Part shown: positions 1 to 9,816 of the stretch, one piece after another | How the letters are laid out: each line of letters opens with the position of its first letter | Numbering within the stretch: the stretch's first letter is position 1 | Source: a bacterium | Lineage (GTDB): Bacteria; UBA8248 | DNA length: 64,000 nucleotides | Assembly (NCBI GenBank): GCA_965213625.1 | Contig: CBDBZU010000004.1 | Location: 1,280,001 to 1,344,000, forward strand | Direction: 5' to 3' | Position numbers and translations under genes: made by a program | Notes under the pieces: generated by a model | Seen by the model: only the letters and a program-made list of their open reading frames with translations | Database searches by the model: none | What the model was told of the DNA's origin: nothing

Positions 1-180
1 GCCGCGCCGTCTCGCGATATAGCCGTCAACGCCGTCCGCCACGCCCGCGATGATGAAGACGGCCAGAGCGATTCCCGGCTTCTTGTAGGCGAGACACATC
101 ACGAATACGGGGATTAGGAAAACCCGGACCAGCGTGATCTTGGTCGCCAGCGTCAATTTGTATGAAGCAGGTGCGCTCAT
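1..180 (-). CDS. CDP-alcohol phosphatidyltransferase (PgsA-like), N-terminal part, runs off the window
   Basis: Manual translation from ATG at 180: MSAPASYKLTLATKITLVRVFLIPVF...ADGVDGYIARRRG; contains the DGxDGxxAR family motif. Absent from the ORF track because it is truncated. Confidence 0.85.
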   Translation of the reverse strand, partial: MSAPASYKLTLATKITLVRVFLIPVFVMCLAYKKPGIALAVFIIAGVADGVDGYIARRRG

Positions 181-279
181 CGTTTAAGCGGCCTTTTTAC
201 TTTTCTCTCGCGTATTGACGCATCATAACACACGAACCCCGTGGTTTTCTTTGCCTGAATCGTCCATCAAGCGCCTGCA

Positions 280-1149
280 TCATGAGGAGCCGGTTTTCCC
301 GGGTGCTTTCGTTTTCTGTTTTGCTGATTGTCCGCGCGGTGTTCGCTTCGGGTTCGCCCTGGCCTTGGCCCAGCCCACTCTGGATGGCGGACGCTTCGCC
401 GCTTCGGTGCGGATATTCGTCATCAGTTTCAGTTTTTCGACCTCATCGTTGTTGAGGGTCCTCACTTTGGCGGCGGGAAGGCCCCTGGCCGTAACCCCCC
501 CGTATGCGCGCCGGACGAGCTTTATGACAGGGTGCCCCACGGCCTCGCACATTTTCTTGACCTGGTGCTGCCTGCCCTCGTGGAGTTCGATTCTGAGCCA
601 TGTGTTCTTCTCCGTCTTTGCGCGGATGGTCCGCACGAGCGCTTCCTGGGGTTTCCTGCCACGCCTGCGCATCCATGATCCGTCCGCCATCCGGGCGAGG
701 GCGGCCTCGGTGGGCGCTCCCTTCACCTTCGCCTCATAGACGCGGGGTATCCCGTATCTCGGGTGGGCGAGTCGGTTCGCCATCTCGCCATCGTTGGTGA
801 GGAGTAACACTCCTTCCACGTCGAAATCGAGTCTGCCCACGGGGAACACGCGTCTTAAGCCCTGGGGCAGCAGGTCTGCCACAGTAGGCCTGTCCTTGCC
901 CTCCTCGTCCCGCATGGTGGTGAGCACGTTCTTCGGTTTGTTCAGCACCAGATAGATGGGAGCCTCCTTTTTCGTAATGAGCTTTCCGTTCACCTTGATG
1001 GAATCGGTCAGCGGGTCCGCCTTGGCGCCTAAGGTGACCACGCGCGCTCCATTCACCCGAACGCAGCCCTCCTCGATCAGGCGTTCCGCTTCACGGCGCG
1101 AGGCGAGGCCCGCCTGGGCGATAATTTTCTGAAGCCGGATAGCGGTCAT
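280..1149 (-). CDS. rluB: rRNA pseudouridine synthase, RsuA/RluB family
   Basis: N-terminal S4 domain (RLQKIIAQAGLASRREAE), catalytic GRLD motif, EGRQHQVKKM motif. Confidence 0.88.
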   Translation of the reverse strand: MTAIRLQKIIAQAGLASRREAERLIEEGCVRVNGARVVTLGAKADPLTDSIKVNGKLITKKEAPIYLVLNKPKNVLTTMRDEEGKDRPTVADLLPQGLRRVFPVGRLDFDVEGVLLLTNDGEMANRLAHPRYGIPRVYEAKVKGAPTEAALARMADGSWMRRRGRKPQEALVRTIRAKTEKNTWLRIELHEGRQHQVKKMCEAVGHPVIKLVRRAYGGVTARGLPAAKVRTLNNDEVEKLKLMTNIRTEAAKRPPSRVGWAKARANPKRTPRGQSAKQKTKAPGKTGSS

Positions 1150-1290
1150 CTCTGGTATTACTCCCTCGGGTTTCTCACAAAATTGCGAGACACGCGATTA
1201 TAGCCATTCGGGGCCGAACAGGGTAACCTGTCGCGCAAAGCTCATGAAGGACAGGGCGACATCTCATACTCTTTGCGAAGGAGGTACGTT

Positions 1291-2400
1291 TTGCCGTCTT
1301 CACAAACCATCATCAGCATGACGCCGGCGCACGTTTGCGTGCCGCTGGACCGGCCGCTCAAGGTGGCCACTTTCGAGGTGCATGCCGTCGACACCTGCTG
1401 CGTCACCCTCCGGACGAAAGAGGGCTTGAAGGGCCACGGCTGGTGCTTCGCCTTCGGACCCGAGCGCACCCGCGCGATGATAGCGATGGTGCGCGATCTG
1501 TTCGCCAACCTGCTCGGCAAGGACCCCGCCGACGCCGAGGCGAACTGGGAGGCCATGCGCAAGGCGGTGAGCTTCGTGGGCCGTGACGGCATCAGCGCCC
1601 TGGCGATGTCAGCACTCGATACCGCCTGCTGGGACCTGGCGGCCAAGGCGGCGGGCCAGCCGCTGTGGCGCTACCTCGGTGGCGAGAAGCGCGAGATTCC
1701 CTGCTACGCGAGCGAGGGCCTCTGGCTCAACCTCACGATAGACGAACTCATGGAGGAGGCTGCAGCGCTCAAGGCGCGCGGCTTCAAGGCCATGAAGCTC
1801 CGCGTGGGCGGCAGGGTGGATGACGACGTCGAGCGAATCCGCGCCGTGCGTGAGGCGATAGGCGGCGATGTTGCGCTCATGGTGGACGCCAACCAGGCCT
1901 GGGACGTGGAAACTGCGAAACAGGCGTGCAAGGCGTTCGAGCCGTTCGACCTCTACTGGGTGGAGGAACCTGTCGATCACGAAGACATCAGGGGGTGCGC
2001 CGAGGTAGCCAAGACCAGCAACATTCCCATCTGCACCGGGGAGACGAACTACAACCCGCGCGGGATGCGCCACCTGCTCGTCGCGGGCGCGGCCGATATT
2101 CTGATGCCCGATCTCGAGCGCTGCTCCGGCGTTACGGGCTGGCGCCGTGCGGCGGCGATCGCGAAAGAGTTCGGAAAGCCGGTGACACCGCACTTGTTCC
2201 ACGAGGTTTCGGCGCATCTTCTGAGTGCGGAGGAGCACGGCGTCTGGTGCGAGAACATGCCCTGGTGGGAGTGCATCATCGAGGAGCCGATGGAGTTCAG
2301 GGACGGGAATCTGGTTCTTACTGACAAACCCGGCCTCGGGCTGGAGTGGAAAGAAGAGGCGCTCCGGGAGTACGCGCCGCCCGCGGGAGGTTCTTTGTAA
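1291..2400 (+). CDS. Mandelate racemase/muconate lactonizing enzyme family enolase
   Basis: ALDTACWDL, metal ligands in MVDANQ / WVEEP / TGET, K-x-R (AMKLRVG), PGLG near C-terminus. TTG start chosen behind AGGAGG. Confidence 0.88.
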   Translation: MPSSQTIISMTPAHVCVPLDRPLKVATFEVHAVDTCCVTLRTKEGLKGHGWCFAFGPERTRAMIAMVRDLFANLLGKDPADAEANWEAMRKAVSFVGRDGISALAMSALDTACWDLAAKAAGQPLWRYLGGEKREIPCYASEGLWLNLTIDELMEEAAALKARGFKAMKLRVGGRVDDDVERIRAVREAIGGDVALMVDANQAWDVETAKQACKAFEPFDLYWVEEPVDHEDIRGCAEVAKTSNIPICTGETNYNPRGMRHLLVAGAADILMPDLERCSGVTGWRRAAAIAKEFGKPVTPHLFHEVSAHLLSAEEHGVWCENMPWWECIIEEPMEFRDGNLVLTDKPGLGLEWKEEALREYAPPAGGSL

Positions 2401-3734
2401 TGGGGAGGACGCTCCTGCGCGATAGCAGCATCCTCACGCTCGACCCCGTACTCGGCGAGGTCGAAGGCGGGGACCTGCTCATCGAGGACGATGAGATACG
2501 GGAACTCGGCCGGAACATTCATGCCCCCGAGGCCGAAAGCGTCGATGCGAGCGATTTCATCGTCATGCCCGGTTTCGTGAACACGCATCAGCATACCTGG
2601 CAGACGGGCATACGCGGTGTCGCGGGCGACTGGTCGCTGGTGGAGTACATCCGGCAGATGCACGAGGGTTTCGGGCCCGGGTTTCAGCCCGAAGATGTTT
2701 ATCTTGCGAATCTGGTGGGTGCGCTGAATCAACTCAACGGCGGCGTCACGACGCTCTTCGACTGGTGTCACAACAACCCCACGCCCGAGCACACCGACGC
2801 AGGCTTAGACGGCCTGGAGGAAGCGGGCATCCGCGCGGTCTTCGGTCACGGAACGCCCAAGCCCAAGATTGCAGAGGGCGAGACGCCGCTCAGCCACAGG
2901 CCGCATCCACCAGATGAGGTCAGGCGTTTGCGATCTGGGCGGCTGGCTTCGGACGGCGGGCTCATCAAACTGGCCCTGGCCACGAGAGGGCCCGATCTCT
3001 CCACGCTCGAAATGTGCGTGCACGACATCTGTCTGGCCCGTGAATACGACTTGCTCTGGAGCGCGCACATCGGCGGCGGGTTCTACCGGGTGACGCCCGA
3101 CGGCGTACGGGAACTGGCGCGCAAGGGACTTCTGGGGCCCGATTTCAACGCCGTGCACGCGAACCAGTTGAGCGAGGAGGAGTTGCGGATACTCGTCGAC
3201 TCGGGCTGCTCGGTCACCTCTTGTCCGGAGGTGGAGATGCAGATGGGCCACGGCGAGCCCGTCATCGGTCGCGTTCTGGCCCTGGGCGGCAGGCCGACGC
3301 TCGGGATCGACGTGGAATCGAACATCAGCGGCGACATGTTCACCATGATGCGGATGGGACTTCAGTTCGCGCGCGCGCAGGAAAACCAGAATATACTCAA
3401 CGGGCGAACCTCGCCGGCGCAGGTCGCGGTTCCCGCGAAGCGCGCGCTGGAGTGGGCGACGATAGACGGCGCCAACGCACTGGGGCTGGGATACAAGGCG
3501 GGCACGCTCAAGCCCGGCAAGCAGGCGGACCTCATCCTGATCAGAAAGACCGACCTGAACCTCTATCCCGTGAACGTCCCGCTGGAGACGGTTGTTTTCC
3601 AGGCGTCTTTCGCCAACGTGGATACGGTCTACGTAGCCGGAAAGGCCGTGAAGAAAAACGGAAAACTGCTCTACCCCCGCCTTAGAGAGAAGATGGAGGC
3701 GTTGGCGGAATCCGGCAGGAGATTGCTACACTAG
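2400..3734 (+). CDS. Metal-dependent amidohydrolase (AtzA/MTA-SAH deaminase-like)
   Basis: MPGFVNTHQH (HxH), AVHAN, LGID, GTLKPGKQAD; ATG overlaps the upstream TAA. Confidence 0.88.
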   Translation: MGRTLLRDSSILTLDPVLGEVEGGDLLIEDDEIRELGRNIHAPEAESVDASDFIVMPGFVNTHQHTWQTGIRGVAGDWSLVEYIRQMHEGFGPGFQPEDVYLANLVGALNQLNGGVTTLFDWCHNNPTPEHTDAGLDGLEEAGIRAVFGHGTPKPKIAEGETPLSHRPHPPDEVRRLRSGRLASDGGLIKLALATRGPDLSTLEMCVHDICLAREYDLLWSAHIGGGFYRVTPDGVRELARKGLLGPDFNAVHANQLSEEELRILVDSGCSVTSCPEVEMQMGHGEPVIGRVLALGGRPTLGIDVESNISGDMFTMMRMGLQFARAQENQNILNGRTSPAQVAVPAKRALEWATIDGANALGLGYKAGTLKPGKQADLILIRKTDLNLYPVNVPLETVVFQASFANVDTVYVAGKAVKKNGKLLYPRLREKMEALAESGRRLLH

Positions 3735-3789
3735 CGAGTTCATCGGCATATACAGATATTCATACATTATCAATTATGGAGATTGAGAA

Positions 3790-4530
3790 ATGAGACTCGC
3801 GCTTTATTCCGACATTCATGCCCAACTCGCACCTCTGGACGCCGTTCTGGCGGAAGTAGACAAGCACGACGTCCACTGGGAGATAGTGCCCGGAGATCAC
3901 GTCATGGGCGGGCCGGAGCCGGGCGAAGTGGTCGATCGCCTGCGTTCCAGGAAAAACTGCCTGCCCATACTGGGGAATTTCGATCGCTGGGTCATCGACC
4001 ATGTCGACGAGGGGGAAAACGATTTTCCCGCGCGAAATGATAGTTCCCGCCTGACGCGCGAGCACCTGAGCGAAGATCAACTCGACTGGCTCCGTGGGCT
4101 GCCCCGCGAAATGACGCTTACGCCCGAACCCGGCCACGACCTCCGCATTTTTCATGGTTCGCCGGGAAACGACGAAGGCGCGCTCCCGCTCAGGCTTACC
4201 GACGACGAGATACTCGAACGCCTCGCGGGCGAGAAGTCAGAAGTTGTGGCCTTCGGGCAGTGTCACGGCCCTTATATCCGCCAGGTAGGGGACCAGACCC
4301 TCGTGTGCGCCGCGTCAGCCGCCGTGAGCTGGGACGGGGACAACCGCCCCGCCTACGTCCTGCTCGAATACCATGGAGGCGGGAAATGGGAAGGGGAAAT
4401 CCACCGCGTCGAGTATGATTTCGAGGAACAGGCGCGAAAGAACGAGGATAGTTGGGACCCGGGCGGGGATAAACAAGCCCACACGATTCGCACGGGCGAG
4501 TTCTGGAACCCCGCCCACATGCCCCACTAA
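3790..4530 (+). CDS. Metallophosphoesterase (calcineurin-like), divergent motifs
   Basis: SDIH, PGD, LGNFD, FHGSP, GQCH motifs in the canonical order. Confidence 0.8.
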   Translation: MRLALYSDIHAQLAPLDAVLAEVDKHDVHWEIVPGDHVMGGPEPGEVVDRLRSRKNCLPILGNFDRWVIDHVDEGENDFPARNDSSRLTREHLSEDQLDWLRGLPREMTLTPEPGHDLRIFHGSPGNDEGALPLRLTDDEILERLAGEKSEVVAFGQCHGPYIRQVGDQTLVCAASAAVSWDGDNRPAYVLLEYHGGGKWEGEIHRVEYDFEEQARKNEDSWDPGGDKQAHTIRTGEFWNPAHMPH

Positions 4531-4538
4531 GAGGTTGC

Positions 4539-4584
4539 AACCCCGCCTCTACGACGATCGCCGCGAGGCGGGGTATTGTTTTTT
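4539..4584 (+). terminator. Probable intrinsic terminator
   Basis: ACCCCGCCTC...GAGGCGGGGT stem followed by a T-run, right after the stop at 4530. Confidence 0.55.
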
Positions 4585-4790
4585 GAAGAATCCGGGTTTT
4601 GGAAGGCGAATTTTTCGTGTCGCAAGCCGACCCGGTCGATAATTACTTGATATATGGCCGATACATGCTAGCATAATACTGATACAGGCATGGCGAATCG
4701 TGAAAAATAGAACTAAATTGAATTTTGGAAGAAAAGAGAACCGACGAGGAACGAATCGAATACAGACGTCAAGCGCAGGAGGGCCAGAAA

Positions 4791-6203
4791 ATGAACGCAT
4801 CTTCTTCAGAAAATCCCGCTGAGACGGGGACGGCGAAAACCCAAAACGGCAGCCCGAACGGCCAGAATCTGTTGTCTATCGATCCGCCGCGCTACAAACC
4901 GATTGTGGTTCAGCAGATAGACAAAGTTCCCGAGTTGCAGAGCCTGCCCGACGATATCCGCTTCAGCATGAAGGTGGTGGGGCATGTGCTGCCTTTCCGC
5001 ACGAATCGCTACATGGTGGAGAATCTCATCGATTGGGACAACGTGCCTGAAGACCCCTTGTTCCAGCTCTCCTTTCCCCAGGAGGGAATGATCTCGAAAG
5101 AGGATTTTGATTCCGTGGCGGACCTGCTGAGGCGCGAAGCGCCCAAGGAGCAGCTCAATGCCGCCATCCACGAGATCAGGGCCGGCCTGAACCCCCACCC
5201 CGCCGGGCAGCAGACGCTGAACGTGCCCACCATCGACGATGAGCATGTGGAAGGCATGCAGCACAAATACCACGAAACGGTGCTCTTCTTCCCGGGACAG
5301 GGACAGACCTGCCACGCCTACTGCACCTTCTGTTTCCGCTGGGCGCAGTTCGTGGGGGACAAGGAGCTTCGCTTCATCTCCACGGACGCGGACATCCTGC
5401 ACAGGTATCTCGCCGATCATAAAGAGGTGACGGACGTCCTCTTCACCGGCGGCGATCCCTTGATCATGAAGACCAAGGCGCTCCAAGGCTACATGGAGCC
5501 CCTGCTGGATGATTCGCGTTTCGCGCACATCCGCGACATCCGCATCGGCTCGAAGGCGCTGACTTTCTGGCCGTATCGCTTCACCACGGACGCCGATGCG
5601 GACGATCTGATGCGTCTATTCGAGAAGATGGTGGAAGGCGGCAAGCACATCGCTATCATGGCGCACTTCAACCACGAGCGTGAGGTCCAGACCCCGATGG
5701 CGCGCGAAGCCATCAGAAGGGTGCGGGATACGGGCGCCGTCATCAGGACGCAGGCGCCGCTTCTCAAGCATATCAACGACGACGCGGACATGTGGGCGCG
5801 CATGTGGAAAGAGCAGGTGCGGCTCGGGCTGATACCCTATTACATGTTCGTGGAAAGGGACACGGGCGCCAAGCGCTATTTCGAACTGCCCCTGGTGGAG
5901 GCGCATGCGATCTACAGGAAAGCGTACTCCCAGGTGTCCGGTCTGGCGCGCACCGCGCGGGGTCCCTCGATGAGCGCGGCCCCCGGCAAGGTGCAGGTGT
6001 TGGGCATCGAAGAGGTTCGCGGCGAGCGCATCATCGCGCTTCAGTTCCTTCAGGCGAGAAACCCCGAGTGGCTGGGCCGCGTCTTCTTCGCCGAATACGA
6101 CGAGAACGCCACCTGGCTCACCGGCCTCAAGCCGGCCTTCGGAGAGAAGGAGTTCTTCTACGAGGCGGACTTCGAGGCGATGAAACAGCGCCTGGCGAGC
6201 TAG
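4791..6203 (+). CDS. KamA-family radical SAM enzyme (lysine 2,3-aminomutase-like)
   Basis: HKY, CHAYCTFCFRW (CxxxCxxC), FTGGDP, HFNH, QAPLL..INDD, PYY, PGKV. Confidence 0.87.
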   Translation: MNASSSENPAETGTAKTQNGSPNGQNLLSIDPPRYKPIVVQQIDKVPELQSLPDDIRFSMKVVGHVLPFRTNRYMVENLIDWDNVPEDPLFQLSFPQEGMISKEDFDSVADLLRREAPKEQLNAAIHEIRAGLNPHPAGQQTLNVPTIDDEHVEGMQHKYHETVLFFPGQGQTCHAYCTFCFRWAQFVGDKELRFISTDADILHRYLADHKEVTDVLFTGGDPLIMKTKALQGYMEPLLDDSRFAHIRDIRIGSKALTFWPYRFTTDADADDLMRLFEKMVEGGKHIAIMAHFNHEREVQTPMAREAIRRVRDTGAVIRTQAPLLKHINDDADMWARMWKEQVRLGLIPYYMFVERDTGAKRYFELPLVEAHAIYRKAYSQVSGLARTARGPSMSAAPGKVQVLGIEEVRGERIIALQFLQARNPEWLGRVFFAEYDENATWLTGLKPAFGEKEFFYEADFEAMKQRLAS

Positions 6204-6231
6204 GGGACGCTTAAGCTGCGCGCGGCGAAGA

Positions 6232-6699
6232 TCACTTCTTCGCCATTCGCAGCACCTCGTCGTATTCCTTTTTGGTCACGGGCTGTACGCTCAGGCGCTG
6301 CCCTTTCTGGGTGACGCGCATCTCCGCCAGCTTGGGATTTTCCTTGAGTTCGCTCAGCGAGACGGGCCGGGGGAGCTTTTCCGTCGCCTGCAAATCCACC
6401 ATCTGCCAGCGCGGGGCGTCGGCAGGGGCCTTCGGGTCGTAGTATTTGGATTTCTTGTCGTATTGGGTATGATCGGGATACGACTCCCGCGCCACCCGCG
6501 CAGTTCCCGCCACGTGGGGCGGTTTCGCGTTCGAATGGTAGAAGAGAACGAGGTCGCCCACCTTCATCTCCATCATGAAATTTCTGGCCTGATAGTTTCG
6601 AATGCCGTCCCAGCAGGCGGTCTGCTCGGGTTCGGCCATCAGGTCGTCGAACGAGTATGCGTCCGGTTCGCTCTTCATGAGCCAGTATTTTCGGGCCAT
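6232..6699 (-). CDS. EVE domain protein
   Basis: YWLMKSEP, WDGIRNYQARNF, FYHS, RLSVQPV signature. Confidence 0.92.
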   Translation of the reverse strand: MARKYWLMKSEPDAYSFDDLMAEPEQTACWDGIRNYQARNFMMEMKVGDLVLFYHSNAKPPHVAGTARVARESYPDHTQYDKKSKYYDPKAPADAPRWQMVDLQATEKLPRPVSLSELKENPKLAEMRVTQKGQRLSVQPVTKKEYDEVLRMAKK

Positions 6700-6795
6700 C
6701 GAAAGCGTATCTCCGTTAGTCGGCGTGAATGAGATTAGGGTTCCGGGAAGATTACCACGTCGTTAATAGCGAGAAAATATGAACGAGTGATGCGC

Positions 6796-7743
6796 TTATG
6801 ATTGAGGCTTTACCTCACCCGCGATTTGAAGGTCGGCGAGTTTCAGGGTGCGCGAGATGAAATCGTTGCACGGCGTCTCGACGCCCACCTCCGCCCCGAT
6901 GCGAGAGACCGCGCCACACAAGGCGTCTATCTCGAGGCGCCTGCCGGCTTCCAGGTCATGACACAGGCTGCCCTTGCTGGCCGGGTTTTGCTCGTCGATG
7001 AAGCGATAGCGGCCCTCATCCGCGCCGTCGGGGAGGTTCACGCCCTTCGCCCGGCCCACCTGAAATACCTCGCGCATCGTCTCGCGCATCATGTTTCGCG
7101 TACCCTCATAGGCCATGTTCTCGCCGATGGTGGAGCGCGTGAGCGCCGTCATGCCGCCGACCGCGCAGATGAAAATGAACTTCGTCCAAAGCTCCGCCTC
7201 GATGTCTTCCGAGTATTCCGCGTTTATCTCTGCATCTTTCAGTTCGCTCAGTATCTCATGGCCCCGCTCGCTTTCGCCGCCGCCAAATTCGCCGAAAACC
7301 ATTCGCCTCGGGCCCCCGATTTGGCGGATGAGGCCCGGCCCTGCGATGGAGGTGAATATGTAGGCGGCGCCTCCCATCACCCGCGCAGCACCATAGACGG
7401 CCGCCAGTTTCTCCTCATTGTCCACGCCGTTTTGCAGGTTGATGATTACGGTGTCCGGGCCGACCATGGGCGCGATGGCGGGAATGGCGACGGAGTTTGC
7501 GGTCGTTTTCACGCAGTAGAGAATGACGTCGCAAACGCCCGCCTCCGCAGGCGAATCCGTAAACATTCCTTCTCGCACGCTGAATGCCCCAGGCAAGACG
7601 CTCTCCACGCGAAGACCGTCTTTTCGTATGGCTTCCAGGTGCGCGCCGCGCGCGATGAAGGCGACGTCCTTTCCGCCCCTCGCCAGCATGGCGCCGAAAT
7701 ACCCGCCCACGCCTCCCGTCGCCATGATTCCAAAGCGCATCAT
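6796..7743 (-). CDS. panE: Ketopantoate reductase family protein
   Basis: GGVGGYFG Rossmann start, LQNG, WTKF, SLCHDLEAGRRLEID. Confidence 0.8.
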   Translation of the reverse strand: MMRFGIMATGGVGGYFGAMLARGGKDVAFIARGAHLEAIRKDGLRVESVLPGAFSVREGMFTDSPAEAGVCDVILYCVKTTANSVAIPAIAPMVGPDTVIINLQNGVDNEEKLAAVYGAARVMGGAAYIFTSIAGPGLIRQIGGPRRMVFGEFGGGESERGHEILSELKDAEINAEYSEDIEAELWTKFIFICAVGGMTALTRSTIGENMAYEGTRNMMRETMREVFQVGRAKGVNLPDGADEGRYRFIDEQNPASKGSLCHDLEAGRRLEIDALCGAVSRIGAEVGVETPCNDFISRTLKLADLQIAGEVKPQS

Positions 7744-7788
7744 AAATCCCTGTCAAAGAGGCTCGGCTTGCGCCGCGCAAGGCAAATG

Positions 7789-7820
7789 AAAAGGAGGAAA
7801 GCCTGGGCCTTCCTCCTTTT
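7789..7820. terminator. Intrinsic terminator (bidirectional shape) downstream of scpB
   Basis: AAAAGGAGGAA...TTCCTCCTTTT inverted repeat. Confidence 0.7.
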
Positions 7821-7868
7821 GGTTGTAGCAGAGTTTAGGGTATTTCGTCAGGAAGAGGTCTCCGTATT

Positions 7869-8894
7869 CTATTCGAGGTCATTATCCGCCTGGCCGTTTA
7901 CATGGCCGTTCGACGGCGATGCCTCCGCTTGCGTCGGAGCGTCATCCTGCTTGGCGTCCTCGTCCGCATGGCCGTTTGCGTGGCCATTGGTGTGACCATT
8001 CGTATGTCCGTTCGAATGGCCGTTTGCATGACCGTTCGATGGCGGCGTCTCGGCCTCGGCTTCGAGCGCCACTATCTCTTCTTGGCCTTCCGCCGGGCCT
8101 AAGTCGAGCTTCTCGGTCATTTCGAATTCCTCGGGTTTCGGCATATCCGAAAGGTTCTTGAAGCCGAAATGCTCCAGGAACAGGGGCGTGGTGCCATAGA
8201 CGATGGGCCGGCCCACGACGTCCCGACGCCCGAGAATGCGGGTGAGGCCGCGCTCGAGCAGGGTGTGCAGCACGCCGCCGCAATCCACCCGCCGAATCTC
8301 CTCGATCTCCGCTTTGGTGATGGGCTGCTTGTAGGCCAGGATGGCCAGTGTTTCGAGCGCCGCCTGGGACAGTTTGGTTTTTTTCTCCGTTTTGGAGAAC
8401 CGCTTCACCCAGGGAGAGAACTCCGCCCGCGTGCACAGGCGGAAACCCTCGGCCACTTCGATGATCTGCAGGGTTTTGTCCCCGTATTCCTCGACAAGTT
8501 CGCCCAGGAATTTTCGGACGACCTTGACGTCCACGTTGGAAACGCCTTTGAACAGAAAAGATATGTCCCGCGGCCTGAGCGGCTCGCTCGCGACGAATAG
8601 AATGGATTCCACGATCTTTTTCGCCTCGCCCAGGTCCATGATGAGGGGCGCGTCCTTGTCGACCTCTCCGGCTTCCTCTTCATCGGGCGCATCTTCGGCC
8701 ATCTCCATATGTTCCTGCGCCTCATCGATCTCGAAGAGCGTCTCCTCGCGAGGTTCCTCCATGGCCTCCATCTGATGCTCCGCCAGAGCCTTGGCCGCGG
8801 CGTCGGGGGCCGATATTTCATCTTCTGCGAGTTCGAAGGGAGTTTCCGGTTCCATGCGCTCTGTTTTCTCTTTTTCTGGTTGGGGGTTATTCAT
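7869..8894 (-). CDS. scpB: SMC-Scp complex subunit ScpB with acidic N-terminal and NGH-repeat C-terminal extensions
   Basis: VESILF, LSQAALETLAILAYKQPITKAEIEEIR, GRPIVYGTT..FLEHFG. Confidence 0.93.
   Translation of the reverse strand: MNNPQPEKEKTERMEPETPFELAEDEISAPDAAAKALAEHQMEAMEEPREETLFEIDEAQEHMEMAEDAPDEEEAGEVDKDAPLIMDLGEAKKIVESILFVASEPLRPRDISFLFKGVSNVDVKVVRKFLGELVEEYGDKTLQIIEVAEGFRLCTRAEFSPWVKRFSKTEKKTKLSQAALETLAILAYKQPITKAEIEEIRRVDCGGVLHTLLERGLTRILGRRDVVGRPIVYGTTPLFLEHFGFKNLSDMPKPEEFEMTEKLDLGPAEGQEEIVALEAEAETPPSNGHANGHSNGHTNGHTNGHANGHADEDAKQDDAPTQAEASPSNGHVNGQADNDLE
7893..8040 (-). repeat. Coding 12-bp (NGHx) tandem repeat in the ScpB tail
   Basis: SNGHANGHSNGHTNGHTNGHANGHA plus later SNGHVNGQ. 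Confidence 0.8.
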
Positions 8895-9816
8895 CACGCA
8901 CCGCCTTTGAAATTCGGATTTCACCGAAATTGGACGCCTGTTGCGCCACGACGAGATTTCCCTTGATGAGTTCCAGGAGCGCCAGGAATATCGCCACCAC
9001 TTCCAGCGCGCGCTTCGTCTGGAACAATGAGTGGAAAAAGACGCCCTCTTTGCCTGCGTCTTCGAGAGTGTCCAGCAGTCTGGTTCTCATGTCGGCAACT
9101 TCGAGCTCATCGATGTCCACGAGGTGGATACCCTCTTCCCCGATGGATTCGATGAGGTGTTGCATGGCGCTGATGAGGTCAAATACCGTCACTTGCAGCT
9201 TCGGCGCTTCTTCTTCCTCTTCATCTTCCAGCAGGAGGGGGTCGGCCCCCCGCGTATAGAGCCAGGATTGCTCCTCCTCCGCATGGCGGAACACCTGGCT
9301 GATTTTCTTGAATTTCTGGTATTCGATGAGCTGGCGCTGGAGTTCCTGGCGCAGGATTTCGGGGTCTTCCTCTTCCGCGTCGTCCTCGGTCCGGGGCAGA
9401 AGGGTTCTGCTCTTGAGGTAGACCAGATAAGAGGCCATGACGAGATATTCCGACGCCAGGTTGATGTTCAGTTTATTGAGCAGTTCCACGTATTTGAGGT
9501 ATTGATCCGTAATAAAAGCGACCGGAATGTCGTGGATGTCCAGCTTGTGCTCGCGCACCAGATGGAGCAGGAGTTCGAGCGGGCCTTCGAAGACGTCGAT
9601 TTTTATGTTGAATCGCTCGGAAACATCCGAAGCTTCAGAGGCGGTCTCTTGGCCCTCGGGGTGACCCGCATCGGGCGCAGCCACAGTCTCCAGGACCTCC
9701 CAGTTCTCGGGGTTTCCCGCGGACTTATCGCTGCCCCAGGGCAGATTGGCGAAGTCCGTCGCCTCTGAAGGCGCAGCCGCACCCTCTGTATTCGGCGTAT
9801 CTTGCTGGGGATTCAT
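8887..9816 (-). CDS. scpA: Segregation and condensation protein A (kleisin)
   Basis: FEGPLELLLHLV, ITDQYL, ASEYLVMA..LKSRTLLP, FLALLELIK. Confidence 0.93.
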   Translation of the reverse strand: MNPQQDTPNTEGAAAPSEATDFANLPWGSDKSAGNPENWEVLETVAAPDAGHPEGQETASEASDVSERFNIKIDVFEGPLELLLHLVREHKLDIHDIPVAFITDQYLKYVELLNKLNINLASEYLVMASYLVYLKSRTLLPRTEDDAEEEDPEILRQELQRQLIEYQKFKKISQVFRHAEEEQSWLYTRGADPLLLEDEEEEEAPKLQVTVFDLISAMQHLIESIGEEGIHLVDIDELEVADMRTRLLDTLEDAGKEGVFFHSLFQTKRALEVVAIFLALLELIKGNLVVAQQASNFGEIRISKAVRDE

